This document shows positions 17,003-25,581 of a DNA stretch of 25,581 bases, piece after piece. Below the pieces are notes generated by a model. The model did not search any database. It had not been told where the DNA came from and saw only the letters and a list, made by a program, of their open reading frames with translations. A program made the translations under genes and the position numbers. Numbering within the stretch: position 1 is the stretch's first letter; each line of letters starts with the position of its first letter. The DNA lies in sequence record DRR378314_880; one strand, written 5' to 3'.

Positions 17003-17869
17003 CTAACCGCCACTGCGGAAGCGGGCAATAAACCGGGACAGGTCTTCCAGCTTTTTCGGGTCCTCGTCCACGAATCGGATGGTGACGCCCACGAAATCCG
17101 TATCCTGGCGCTTGTCCACCGCCTGAAGCTGATGAACATAGCCATTGAGCCGTGCCACCTGGCCCTCCGCCACCTCAATGTCCACCACGGCCTGATCGAG
17201 AATACCCGGGAACTGTTGGTCCCGTTTGGCAATCACCCGCACTTCTGTGAGGGTGATATCCTTGATAACAGAACGAAGGGTGCTGTCTGAGAAGCGTACC
17301 GAGGCCACACTCATAGCCGGCCGTCCCCCGGAACCCGGCGTAGCGGAGGATCTCGGTGAGGGTGGCTTGCCAGATGGGGCAGGAGAGGCAGGCGCGGACT
17401 CGCGCTTTTGAGTTAACAGGGATGCCGACTCCCGAAAGGCCTCAGCCGGGCCGGCCAGGGATTTACCACTGCGGTCCATGGCCTCCTTGAGACGTCTCCC
17501 CATCACCTTGATGATCTTGTTGCTCAGCCCCTCGGGGCTAAAGGGCTTGCCCAAATACTCCGACACGCCACCCTTGACCGCCTCAACGACGTGATCCTTG
17601 TCACCACGACTGGTGATCATGATGAAGGGTGTTTTCTCATACTGTGGCTGCTGACGCATCCACTGCAACAACTCCAGGCCCGACATCTCCGGCATTTCCC
17701 AGTCACACAGGATGAGATCAAACGTCGTGCGCGACATCAGTGATTGCGCCCGGCGGCCATTCTGGGCGTCGGTGGTTTCAATCACCGGAAAACGCTGGCG
17801 CACGGTTCGCTTGACCAGATCCCTTACAAAGCTGGCATCATCCACCACCAGCGCCTTCAGCGTTGCCAT
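17003..17869 (-). CDS. Orphan response regulator (CheY-like receiver, Pro/Ser linker, PilZ-like C-terminal domain)
   Basis: Receiver residues VVDD, CDWEMPEMSG, ITS and KPF. The C-terminal beta-rich domain ends VTIRFVDED...LSRFI. Confidence 0.8.
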   Translation of the reverse strand: MATLKALVVDDASFVRDLVKRTVRQRFPVIETTDAQNGRRAQSLMSRTTFDLILCDWEMPEMSGLELLQWMRQQPQYEKTPFIMITSRGDKDHVVEAVKGGVSEYLGKPFSPEGLSNKIIKVMGRRLKEAMDRSGKSLAGPAEAFRESASLLTQKRESAPASPAPSGKPPSPRSSATPGSGGRPAMSVASVRFSDSTLRSVIKDITLTEVRVIAKRDQQFPGILDQAVVDIEVAEGQVARLNGYVHQLQAVDKRQDTDFVGVTIRFVDEDPKKLEDLSRFIARFRSGG

Positions 17870-18091
17870 GTTTCGGACCTTTTGAGTTTCAGAGTGTCGT
17901 GGTTTATGTCACCAAACTATAGAACAAGCCGTGAGCCGGGAATAGCCAGGCTACAAAAAGACGACACATGCGGGGCGGTATGAAACCCCAGGTTAAAGAA
18001 TTGTCACCGGAATCCGCCAACAACTGTGTCTCAGGGCAGTAAAAACAGGCTACCATGAACCCGAAACATCCACTCCAGACCGAGGTTTAGC

Positions 18092-19354
18092 GTGCCGAGC
18101 ATACTCACAGGGACATCTCAGGGCCAACGGACGATTCGACACCTTTCACTCGCCGGATTATTCATCCTGAGCAGCACCCCCGTTGCCGCTGATGCCGACA
18201 TTGCCAACCGTTTTCCCCAGTGCATCGAACGCCTGGAAAGTCAGGCCATTGAGGCGGGTGTGTCGTCACAAACCGCGGGCGAAGTGCTGGCCGGCGCCGA
18301 ATATCTGGAGCGTGTCATTGAACTCGACCGCCGCCAGCCCGAATTCACCACCACCTTCGCGGATTATCTCAACCGTCGGGTCAATTCCGAGCGGGTGAGC
18401 CGGGGCCGGGAGTTGCTGCAGCAACACGAGGCACTGCTGGCGCGCGTCACCCGTGAAACCGGCGTGCCAGCCCCCTACCTGGTGGCATTCTGGGGTCTGG
18501 AAACCAACTTCGGCGCCTACTTTGGCAAAATGTCGGTGCCGAGCTCTCTTGCCACCCTTGCCTGCGATGAACGCCGCAGTCAGTTCTTCACCGAACAGTT
18601 GATCGCGGCGCTGCGGATCATTGACGAGGGCGCCATACCCGCCGAGCAGATGGAAGGTTCCTGGGCCGGCGCCATGGGACACGTCCAGTTCATGCCCACG
18701 GTCTTCCTCCGCCATGCGGTGGACGGTGATGGTGACGGCAAGCGCGACTTGTGGAACAGCCTGCCGGACGCAATGATGTCAGCCGGTCACTTTCTACAGG
18801 ACCTGGGCTGGAACGGAGACTATCGCTGGGGGCGTGAGGTGCTCCTGCCCGAAGGATTTGACTACAGTCTGGCAGACGGACGTAAACTGCCGCTGAAAGA
18901 ATGGCGAACCCTCGGAGTGACCGATGCCTTCGGCAACAAACTGGCGAACGAACCCATCGACGCCGCGCTGGTGGTTCCTGCAGGGCACCGCGGGCCTGCA
19001 TTTCTGGCCTACCGGAACTTCAACGTGATCATGGGCTGGAACCGGTCGGAATTCTACGCCATTGCGGTTGGGCATCTGGCTGACCGCATTGCCGGTGCCG
19101 GCAAGCTGCAGAACCCGCCCCCGGAGGACATGCCTGCCTTATCGCGGGACAACATCCTGACCCTCCAGCAAGCCTTGAACGACCGGGGGTTTGATACCGG
19201 AGAGCCGGACGGCATTCTCGGCCCCAATACCCGTTCTGCCATTCGCGGCTACCAATCACAAAAGGGGCTGGTCGCGGACGGTTATCCAGGCGAAGCTGTT
19301 CTGGACGCCCTGGGGATAGACCTGAAGTCGGGAACGTCCGGAGCGGATACCTGA
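18092..19354 (+). CDS. Lytic murein transglycosylase (MltB/SltB family) with C-terminal peptidoglycan-binding domain
   Basis: Motifs LDRRQPEF, WGLETNFG, GSWAGAMGHVQFMP and WNRSEFYA. C-terminal LQQALNDRGFDTGEPDGILGPNTRSAI. Confidence 0.92.
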   Translation: MPSILTGTSQGQRTIRHLSLAGLFILSSTPVAADADIANRFPQCIERLESQAIEAGVSSQTAGEVLAGAEYLERVIELDRRQPEFTTTFADYLNRRVNSERVSRGRELLQQHEALLARVTRETGVPAPYLVAFWGLETNFGAYFGKMSVPSSLATLACDERRSQFFTEQLIAALRIIDEGAIPAEQMEGSWAGAMGHVQFMPTVFLRHAVDGDGDGKRDLWNSLPDAMMSAGHFLQDLGWNGDYRWGREVLLPEGFDYSLADGRKLPLKEWRTLGVTDAFGNKLANEPIDAALVVPAGHRGPAFLAYRNFNVIMGWNRSEFYAIAVGHLADRIAGAGKLQNPPPEDMPALSRDNILTLQQALNDRGFDTGEPDGILGPNTRSAIRGYQSQKGLVADGYPGEAVLDALGIDLKSGTSGADT

Positions 19355-19442
19355 CCGCGTTCCGACGAGCCGCTTGGGCGTGATCCGAACGCCGATTCCG
19401 CGCATAATACCTGTCGGACTACACTGACAAGGCTTCACCACG

Positions 19443-20474
19443 ATGGATTCGATTACCCAGGCGGCACTCGGCGCCTCTCTGGCCGGTGCGGTTGCTGGAA
19501 AAACCCTTGGTCGTTCAGCCCTGCTGATCGGCGCAGCTCTAGGCACCCTTCCCGACCTGGATGTCGCAATCGACTATGGCACTGCCGTCGCCAACTTTAC
19601 CCAGCACCGTGGATTCAGCCATTCGCTGTTCATCCTGTTGCCTTTGTCGGTGTTGCTGGCCTTTGCGTTTCATCGCTGGCGCCCCACCCTCGGATACGGG
19701 CGATGGTTTGCTCTCACCGCGCTTGTGCTTGTGACGCACCCGCTGCTCGATGCCTTTACCACCTACGGTACCCAGTTGTTCTGGCCAATTGGCCCGCCCG
19801 TGGCCATCAGCAGCATCTTCATCATCGACCCGCTCTACACGCTGCCGTTGTTGGTCGGGGTACTGGCATTCATGGTTCGCGGCCCACAAACCCGCGCCAT
19901 CATGGCCGGCCTGCTCCTTTCAACGCTCTACCTGGGATGGACCGCAACGGCGCAACAGATCATCCAGGAGCGGGTGGGCCCCGCACTGGCTGCGGAGGGC
20001 CTGGGCGATGCCCCACGGCTGGTACAGCCAATGCCCTTCAATACCATACTCTGGCGAGTAACCGTCGTGGGTGAAGAAAAGCGCGCGGAAATCGTCACCG
20101 GATTCCTGGATAACGACAGCCAGGTGACGGTGGAATACTTTCCACGCAACCCTGACCTGGCAAAGGCCGCCACTTCACTGCCTGAGGGCCAGCGGCTGGC
20201 ATGGTTCACCCGAGGCTTTCTGCATTACGATACGGCCGGAGACCAGCTCACAGCGACCGATATCCGCCTGGGGATTCCCGGAGCGCACCCTTTCACGTTC
20301 ATACTTGCGAAATACAACGGCAACCGTCTTGAGCCTGAGCCCAGCTCACAGCTGGAGCGCCCGGCAATCGGTGGAGAACTTCTTGGCGTGCTGTGGTCGC
20401 GAATGACCGGCTCAGCCGAGGTATTGTGCCTTGCCAGCCTGACGTTGCCACCGCCGGGAGAAGGTTGTACCTGA
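19443..20474 (+). CDS. Membrane-bound metal-dependent hydrolase (YdjM-like)
   Basis: Motifs MDSITQAALGA, LPDLDV, HRGFSHS, HPLLDAFTTYG and IIDPLYT. Confidence 0.85.
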   Translation: MDSITQAALGASLAGAVAGKTLGRSALLIGAALGTLPDLDVAIDYGTAVANFTQHRGFSHSLFILLPLSVLLAFAFHRWRPTLGYGRWFALTALVLVTHPLLDAFTTYGTQLFWPIGPPVAISSIFIIDPLYTLPLLVGVLAFMVRGPQTRAIMAGLLLSTLYLGWTATAQQIIQERVGPALAAEGLGDAPRLVQPMPFNTILWRVTVVGEEKRAEIVTGFLDNDSQVTVEYFPRNPDLAKAATSLPEGQRLAWFTRGFLHYDTAGDQLTATDIRLGIPGAHPFTFILAKYNGNRLEPEPSSQLERPAIGGELLGVLWSRMTGSAEVLCLASLTLPPPGEGCT

Positions 20475-20476
20475 GC

Positions 20477-21169
20477 ATGCGCCTGGATTATTTCGTTGCC
20501 AACGCGACCACCCTGTCGCGCCGCGATGCCAAGAAAGCCATCAGTGCCGGCCGGGTTCGCGTGGATGGACAGACGTGCCGTAAAGCCGCGTCCCCTATGG
20601 CGAAGGCGGCACAGGTGCTCCTCGATAACCAGCCGTTGTCACTGCCTGCAGAGCGCTACCTGATGCTGCACAAGCCAGGGGGTGTGATCAGTGCCACGAC
20701 CGACAGCCAGCAGCCGACAGCACTGGACCTGCTGCCCGCGGATATCAGTCAGGGCCTCCACATTGCCGGCCGGTTGGACGCGGACACCACCGGGCTCCTG
20801 CTGTTAACCACCGACGGCCAGTGGTCACACCGGATTACCTCCCCAAGGGTGAAGTGCCCCAAAACCTATCGCGTGACGCTCGCCGAGCCTATCGAGGCCA
20901 GCGCCATCAGCCAGCTGCAACAGGGCGTATCACTGCATGGCGAGTCGCGACCTACGCGGCCTGCGGATGTCCGCCTGCTCAACACCCGGGAAATTGACCT
21001 GACCCTGTCGGAAGGACGTTACCACCAGGTCAAACGGATGTTGGCGGCGGTGGGCAACCACGTGACGGGACTGCATCGATGGCGGGTCGGCGCCCTCTTA
21101 CTCGACGAGTCGCTGGCGCCGGGACATTATCGGGAACTGACGCCACAGGAAGTGGACAGCGTCTGTTGA
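20477..21169 (+). CDS. rsuA: RsuA-family pseudouridine synthase (16S rRNA U516)
   Basis: S4 domain start MRLDYFV, plus HKPGG, AGRLDADTTGLLLLT, KTYRV and EGRYHQVKRM. Confidence 0.88.
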   Translation: MRLDYFVANATTLSRRDAKKAISAGRVRVDGQTCRKAASPMAKAAQVLLDNQPLSLPAERYLMLHKPGGVISATTDSQQPTALDLLPADISQGLHIAGRLDADTTGLLLLTTDGQWSHRITSPRVKCPKTYRVTLAEPIEASAISQLQQGVSLHGESRPTRPADVRLLNTREIDLTLSEGRYHQVKRMLAAVGNHVTGLHRWRVGALLLDESLAPGHYRELTPQEVDSVC

Positions 21170-21658
21170 TCAGGTACGCTCGAAGCGCTGGGCCTTCAGG
21201 TTCTTGCGCACGGAACCGGCTTCGAACACCTCGCCGTTCATGGCGATATACACCCCATGGGGCAGTAGCTGAACCGCTGCCCATGCGAAGCCGATATTGA
21301 ACACCGCGTCGCTCCGGCGCATCCGCGCCGGCTGCATGGCACCAAACAACACAATGGTTTTCCCTTTTACCGACAACAACGCTCTCGCGGTTTCCGGCAT
21401 AGTATCCGTACCATGGGTGATGAGGACCCGCTCTGCGTCAGACCGGCCGACCGTCGCCCGGATGATGTCCCTGTCACTGTCCGTGATCTCAAGACTGTCC
21501 TTGCGCATTACCCCGGTCAACGCATAGCCATCGTTAATGTTGGACTCTGCCAGCAGCTCGGTCATCAGGCTGTCGCCGATTTCGAACTCGCTGTTAGCAT
21601 CGAAATACATCTTGTCGATGGTGCCGCCGGTGGTGAATATCTCAATCATACGCTGCAT
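21170..21658 (-). CDS. Short asparaginase N-terminal-domain protein (start 21658 or 21649)
   Basis: Asparaginase motifs TTGGTID, DSLEI, HGTDT and GAMQP. Only about 160 aa, with no C-terminal domain. Confidence 0.85.
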   Translation of the reverse strand: MQRMIEIFTTGGTIDKMYFDANSEFEIGDSLMTELLAESNINDGYALTGVMRKDSLEITDSDRDIIRATVGRSDAERVLITHGTDTMPETARALLSVKGKTIVLFGAMQPARMRRSDAVFNIGFAWAAVQLLPHGVYIAMNGEVFEAGSVRKNLKAQRFERT

Positions 21659-21675
21659 GCCCTATTCGCCAGAGG

Positions 21676-22590
21676 TCAATTCACAGTGACGGACGCGCCG
21701 TCCGAAGCGGCATAGGCCGCGTTCTTCTTCCGCTCATACGCCTTCGCGGCCGCAGCAACACTGCCCCCGGCGCCGGTGGTCAGCCATCGCTTGATCCTGC
21801 CCGCATCCCCCATCGGCGAGCGCGTACCCAGGGAATCTAACAGCACCGTCACCAAGGGCTTGCCATCCAGTTCAAACAGCATCACCAGGCAACGGCCCGC
21901 TTCGGACAGATAACCCGTTTTACTCACGCCCACCCCCCAACTCTCACGATGGACCAGTATATTGGTGTTGCCGAAGGCCAACCGGTATCTGGGCTGGCGG
22001 AACTGAGCGGTAAAATAACGGGTGGTGGAATACTCCCGTATCTGTGGGTATTGGCTGGCGGCCCGGACCAGACGAACCAGGTCCGCCGCCGTGGAACGAT
22101 TGTCGACCGACAACCCGGTCGGATCCACGAAGGTGGTCTTCAACATACCCAGCTCCCGGGCCTTGACGTTCATCGCCTCGATAAACGCGTCGTACCCGCC
22201 TGGGTGGTGTCTTGCCAGGGTATGGGCCGCGAAGTTCTCCGATGACATCAGGGCAACACGCAGTACATCGGCACGCCTGAGCTCGGAGCTCACACGAATA
22301 CGAGTGTAGGCATTAGCCGGAGCTGGAATATGGCGCTCCCGGAAATCCAGCCATTCGGTCAGGGGCTCGCCGGACTCCATCACCACCAGCGCGGTCATCA
22401 ACTTGGTGATGGACGCGATGGGGACTCGCCGATCTGCGTTCTTACCATAGACCAGCCCTTCACCGTCAGCGTAGGCCACCGCTGCGTTAACAGACGCCAA
22501 CTGCAGCTCGGATCTCTCCATGGCCATGGCCGAGGATACGTTCAGCAAACACAGCACGGTCAACGCCAGGACAATGGCCGTTCGGATCAT
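21676..22590 (-). CDS. pbpG: D-alanyl-D-alanine endopeptidase PBP7 (peptidase S11)
   Basis: Signal peptide, SxxK (ASITKLM), SxN (SSEN), DPTGL and KTG (SKTGYLSEAGRC). Confidence 0.88.
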   Translation of the reverse strand: MIRTAIVLALTVLCLLNVSSAMAMERSELQLASVNAAVAYADGEGLVYGKNADRRVPIASITKLMTALVVMESGEPLTEWLDFRERHIPAPANAYTRIRVSSELRRADVLRVALMSSENFAAHTLARHHPGGYDAFIEAMNVKARELGMLKTTFVDPTGLSVDNRSTAADLVRLVRAASQYPQIREYSTTRYFTAQFRQPRYRLAFGNTNILVHRESWGVGVSKTGYLSEAGRCLVMLFELDGKPLVTVLLDSLGTRSPMGDAGRIKRWLTTGAGGSVAAAAKAYERKKNAAYAASDGASVTVN

Positions 22591-22875
22591 TGGTCAAACC
22601 TTGTTATGTGTCATTACGGTGTCAGCTTCTCACTATACCAGCCAAATCCCCAACTGGCTCCGGGTCGGTCGGGGTAAAAGCGTTACCGGTTTGTCAGTCA
22701 GCCGGAAATCCATCAACAGAACGGAATATTGGTTTCATTCAGGCGTTTAAAACAGCAAATGCAAAACCGTATAAAATCGCGTAAAATTACATACAAATCA
22801 TATTGTTACAGAATGATTCAGAAAGTAACCATCGTGTAACGAACACGTCGGAAAACGAGCAGGACATCAACGCGA

Positions 22876-25065
22876 ATGGATTCAACCGGAACTCCGTCGG
22901 CCCAAGAGATCGCCAGCACAACCCTGCCCTTTGGCGCACTGAGCGGCGTCTATCGCTGGTTGCCCCTTGCTTTGCTTGTATTTGCCATTGTGTATGGATG
23001 GCTGCTTGCGTCACTCGCCCCTCAGGCCCTCGGCCCCGTAAACGGTCTCGCGAGCCTGGAAACGTTGCGACAGGGAACCACCCCAGGCGTATCCCAGGAT
23101 TTGATGGCTCTGGTATGGAAAGCGTTTATCGGTGGCATCCTGGCATCTGCATTGTTGTTCAACCTGGTGGTGATGTTCATGCTGCAGCGGCCCGGCCTCG
23201 CCTGGCTCAGCGTGCTCATGGCCGGTGTACTGCACAGTCAGCTGGTTCTGGAACACTTTGGCCTCTGGTTTATATGGCCCGGCCAGCCACAGTTCGATGC
23301 CCTTCTGCATATAAGCCTGCCCCTGTGCCTGATCGCATTGTGTGAATTCACACCGCACTTTCTGCCACTGTCCGCTCGTTCCACACGGGCCATTCACAGC
23401 ATCAGCTTTCTGGCATTCCTGCATTTATTGGCAACGCCTCTGGACATACCACTCGTTGGTCAGGTTTCGTTCCTCGCCCTGACCGTCGCCAGCGGCACGT
23501 TCATTCTCCTGATGGTTGCCAGACAGATTCGCCGGCATGTTTACGCCCGTTACTATGGTCTGGCCATTCTCGCGATACTGACCGGAGCAGTGGTTTCGCT
23601 ACTACGCACAGTGGGGTGGGCGACGGACATCAGCGTCGCAGGATCCGCATTCTTCCTGGGTGCCGCCGCAGGCTCAGTCATCCTCACCACCGGAGCCGGC
23701 CGGCTGCTTCTTGAAGAGCGACGCAAACACGTGAGCTCTGATATGCGGGTCCAGCGGGAACAGCAAATGCGCTCCCGTATTGAGCACGACTACAATCGGC
23801 TGCTAAAAACCCATCGGGTAACCGGCAAGCCCAACCGCGCCATACTCGAAGAAACCCTGGACGCCATTGATACCCGGCAAACGCCCTACACCCTTTGCGT
23901 AATGAGACTCCGGCGATTCAACGAAATTGAACAGGCACTGGGATACCGGACCGCCGAAGAACTGCTTAAGAGTTACCTTCGCCAATTCAACAGCTACCTG
24001 AAACGTCGGGCGGGTGCCAGGCTGGTGTCGATCAACGGCTATGGACTGGCCACCGTTGACACCATCAATCACGCCTTCGCCCTGTATCGGGAAAATCACA
24101 GCGAATCGACCCTGGCTCTATTGGATGACATCCGCGACTGGGTGGCCGACAACTTCCACGAAGGCCGGTTTTCGTTCTCCTGGAATCCTTCCATGGGCAT
24201 CGCCCACGCCCCGGAGCATGGCGAAAACGCCGCCAGCCTGCTGTCGTCAGCGGGGGTCGCCTCATTGAATGGTCATCAGGTACTCAGCGTCTACGACCCT
24301 GCTATTGCCGAGTGGCAGTACCGACAGCAGATACTGATGCTGGATGTGGAAAGTGGGCTCGCCAGCAACAGCATGTGGCTGGAATACCAGCCCAAGGTAA
24401 GCATTCAGGACGCCAAGGTTCGGGCCGTGGAAGCACTGATACGCTGGCGTCACCCGGAGTTCGGCTATGTAGCGCCAGACCAGTGGATCCCCCTGGCTGA
24501 GCAGGTCGGTGTTATTCACCCGGTGACACTCTGGGTTATCGAGCGTGCTTGTAGCGAATACCGCCATCTGGCTTCTCGCTATGGCAGCGACCTGGCCATT
24601 GCCGTCAATATTTCCTCAATGGATCTCATCCATGGTGGATTCGAAGATGAGATCGACAGCATCATTACTCGCCACGGCATGGCGGCGAAAGACCTGATAC
24701 TGGAGATTACGGAAACCGCCATGATGACGGACGCGGAAGCGTCCCGCCGGATGATTCACACCCTCAGCCGCAAGGGATTCCGAATCGCCATGGACGACTT
24801 CGGCACCGGCCATTCCTCGCTGGGCACCCTGGCGAGTTTCGATCTGGATGAGCTCAAAATCGATCGCAGTTTCCTGAAAGACATCCTCGACCACCCGACT
24901 CGCCAGCGAATCTTTCGTGCGGCACTGGAACTGGGTGAAGCCTTGGACCTGGATGTGGTCGTTGAAGGGGTCGAAGACGAGGCCGTGGTGGCTTGGTTGC
25001 AACAATTCCCTGGCCTCTACGGGCAGGGGTATTTCTGGGGCAGACCGGAGCCGGTCTGCCCCTGA
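22876..25065 (+). CDS. Membrane 7TM-DISM-like protein with degenerate GGDEF and EAL domain (probable c-di-GMP phosphodiesterase)
   Basis: Multi-TM N-terminus. HRVTGKPNR but no GG(D/E)EF motif. EAL motifs EALIRW, VNIS, EITE, DDFGTGHSS, KIDRSF, EGVE and QGY. Confidence 0.88.
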   Translation: MDSTGTPSAQEIASTTLPFGALSGVYRWLPLALLVFAIVYGWLLASLAPQALGPVNGLASLETLRQGTTPGVSQDLMALVWKAFIGGILASALLFNLVVMFMLQRPGLAWLSVLMAGVLHSQLVLEHFGLWFIWPGQPQFDALLHISLPLCLIALCEFTPHFLPLSARSTRAIHSISFLAFLHLLATPLDIPLVGQVSFLALTVASGTFILLMVARQIRRHVYARYYGLAILAILTGAVVSLLRTVGWATDISVAGSAFFLGAAAGSVILTTGAGRLLLEERRKHVSSDMRVQREQQMRSRIEHDYNRLLKTHRVTGKPNRAILEETLDAIDTRQTPYTLCVMRLRRFNEIEQALGYRTAEELLKSYLRQFNSYLKRRAGARLVSINGYGLATVDTINHAFALYRENHSESTLALLDDIRDWVADNFHEGRFSFSWNPSMGIAHAPEHGENAASLLSSAGVASLNGHQVLSVYDPAIAEWQYRQQILMLDVESGLASNSMWLEYQPKVSIQDAKVRAVEALIRWRHPEFGYVAPDQWIPLAEQVGVIHPVTLWVIERACSEYRHLASRYGSDLAIAVNISSMDLIHGGFEDEIDSIITRHGMAAKDLILEITETAMMTDAEASRRMIHTLSRKGFRIAMDDFGTGHSSLGTLASFDLDELKIDRSFLKDILDHPTRQRIFRAALELGEALDLDVVVEGVEDEAVVAWLQQFPGLYGQGYFWGRPEPVCP

Positions 25066-25070
25066 CGCTC

Positions 25071-25581
25071 TCAGGGCTTGTCGGTGACCGCGCCTTCCGA
25101 CGCGGAGCTTACGGTGCGCGCATACTTTGCCAACACACCGCGGGTAAACCTGGGAACCGGGGCTGTCCAGGCCTTGTGGCGACGTTCCATCTCTTCGGCG
25201 GAAACATCCAGCTCAATACGATTGGCTACCGCGTCAATGGTAATGATGTCACCGTTTTCGACCAGCGCCAGCGGCCCGCCTTCGGCGGCTTCCGGTGTAA
25301 TATGGCCGACCACGAAGCCATGGCTGCCACCGGAAAAACGCCCGTCGGTAATCAGCGCCACATCGCTACCCAGGCCCTTGCCCATGATGGCCGATGTGGG
25401 CGTCAGCATTTCCCGCATACCCGGGCCGCCCTTGGGGCCCTCATAACGGATCACCAGAACGTCCCCGGCGACCACGGTACCGTCCATGATCCGCTCCTGT
25501 GCCTCTTCCTCGGAGTGGAACACACGAGCACGGCCGGTGAAATGGGTTCCCTCCTTGCCGGTGATCTTGGCCACCGCGCCG
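25071..25581 (-). CDS. ilvD: Dihydroxy-acid dehydratase (C-terminal part; gene starts beyond the window)
   Basis: Motifs [32 protein letters not shown] and VSSASEGAV. Confidence 0.95.
   Translation of the reverse strand, partial: GAVAKITGKEGTHFTGRARVFHSEEEAQERIMDGTVVAGDVLVIRYEGPKGGPGMREMLTPTSAIMGKGLGSDVALITDGRFSGGSHGFVVGHITPEAAEGGPLALVENGDIITIDAVANRIELDVSAEEMERRHKAWTAPVPRFTRGVLAKYARTVSSASEGAVTDKP

Noticed and set aside
22591-22875. c-di-GMP riboswitch or small ORFs (22520-22750, 22590-22784) upstream of the EAL gene
   Set aside because: I could not build the GEMM two-stem, tetraloop-receptor architecture by eye, and the ORFs lack an RBS or motifs. An Rfam scan would be decisive.
1-25581. 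Defence island, prophage or integrative element
   Set aside because: There are no nuclease, integrase, transposase or phage genes. Composition looks uniform apart from promoter regions, and the gene content is housekeeping and signalling.

Overview
GC-rich gammaproteobacterial core-genome segment. A Marinobacter-like marine organism is inferred from gene content, not verified. It runs from a partial AidB-type acyl-CoA dehydrogenase through a DUF503 protein, panP, a PiT phosphate transporter, a membrane diguanylate cyclase, a flavodoxin and a 7TM-DISM/EAL phosphodiesterase. Next come tesB, rubredoxin reductase, a 55-aa rubredoxin that is missing from the ORF track, hpt, ubiC, ubiA, Pho-box-driven phoB-phoR and an orphan response regulator. 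The window ends with a lytic transglycosylase, a YdjM-like hydrolase, rsuA, a short asparaginase-domain protein, pbpG, a second 7TM/EAL protein and partial ilvD. I saw no CRISPR array, transposase, integrase, phage gene, tRNA or rRNA. The most unusual signals are non-coding: (1) a 113-bp element with perfect 28-bp inverted arms enclosing GGA-loop hairpins that match CsrA/RsmA binding sites, and (2) a palindromic operator inside the predicted rubredoxin promoter. I cannot demonstrate a novel multi-gene system here.
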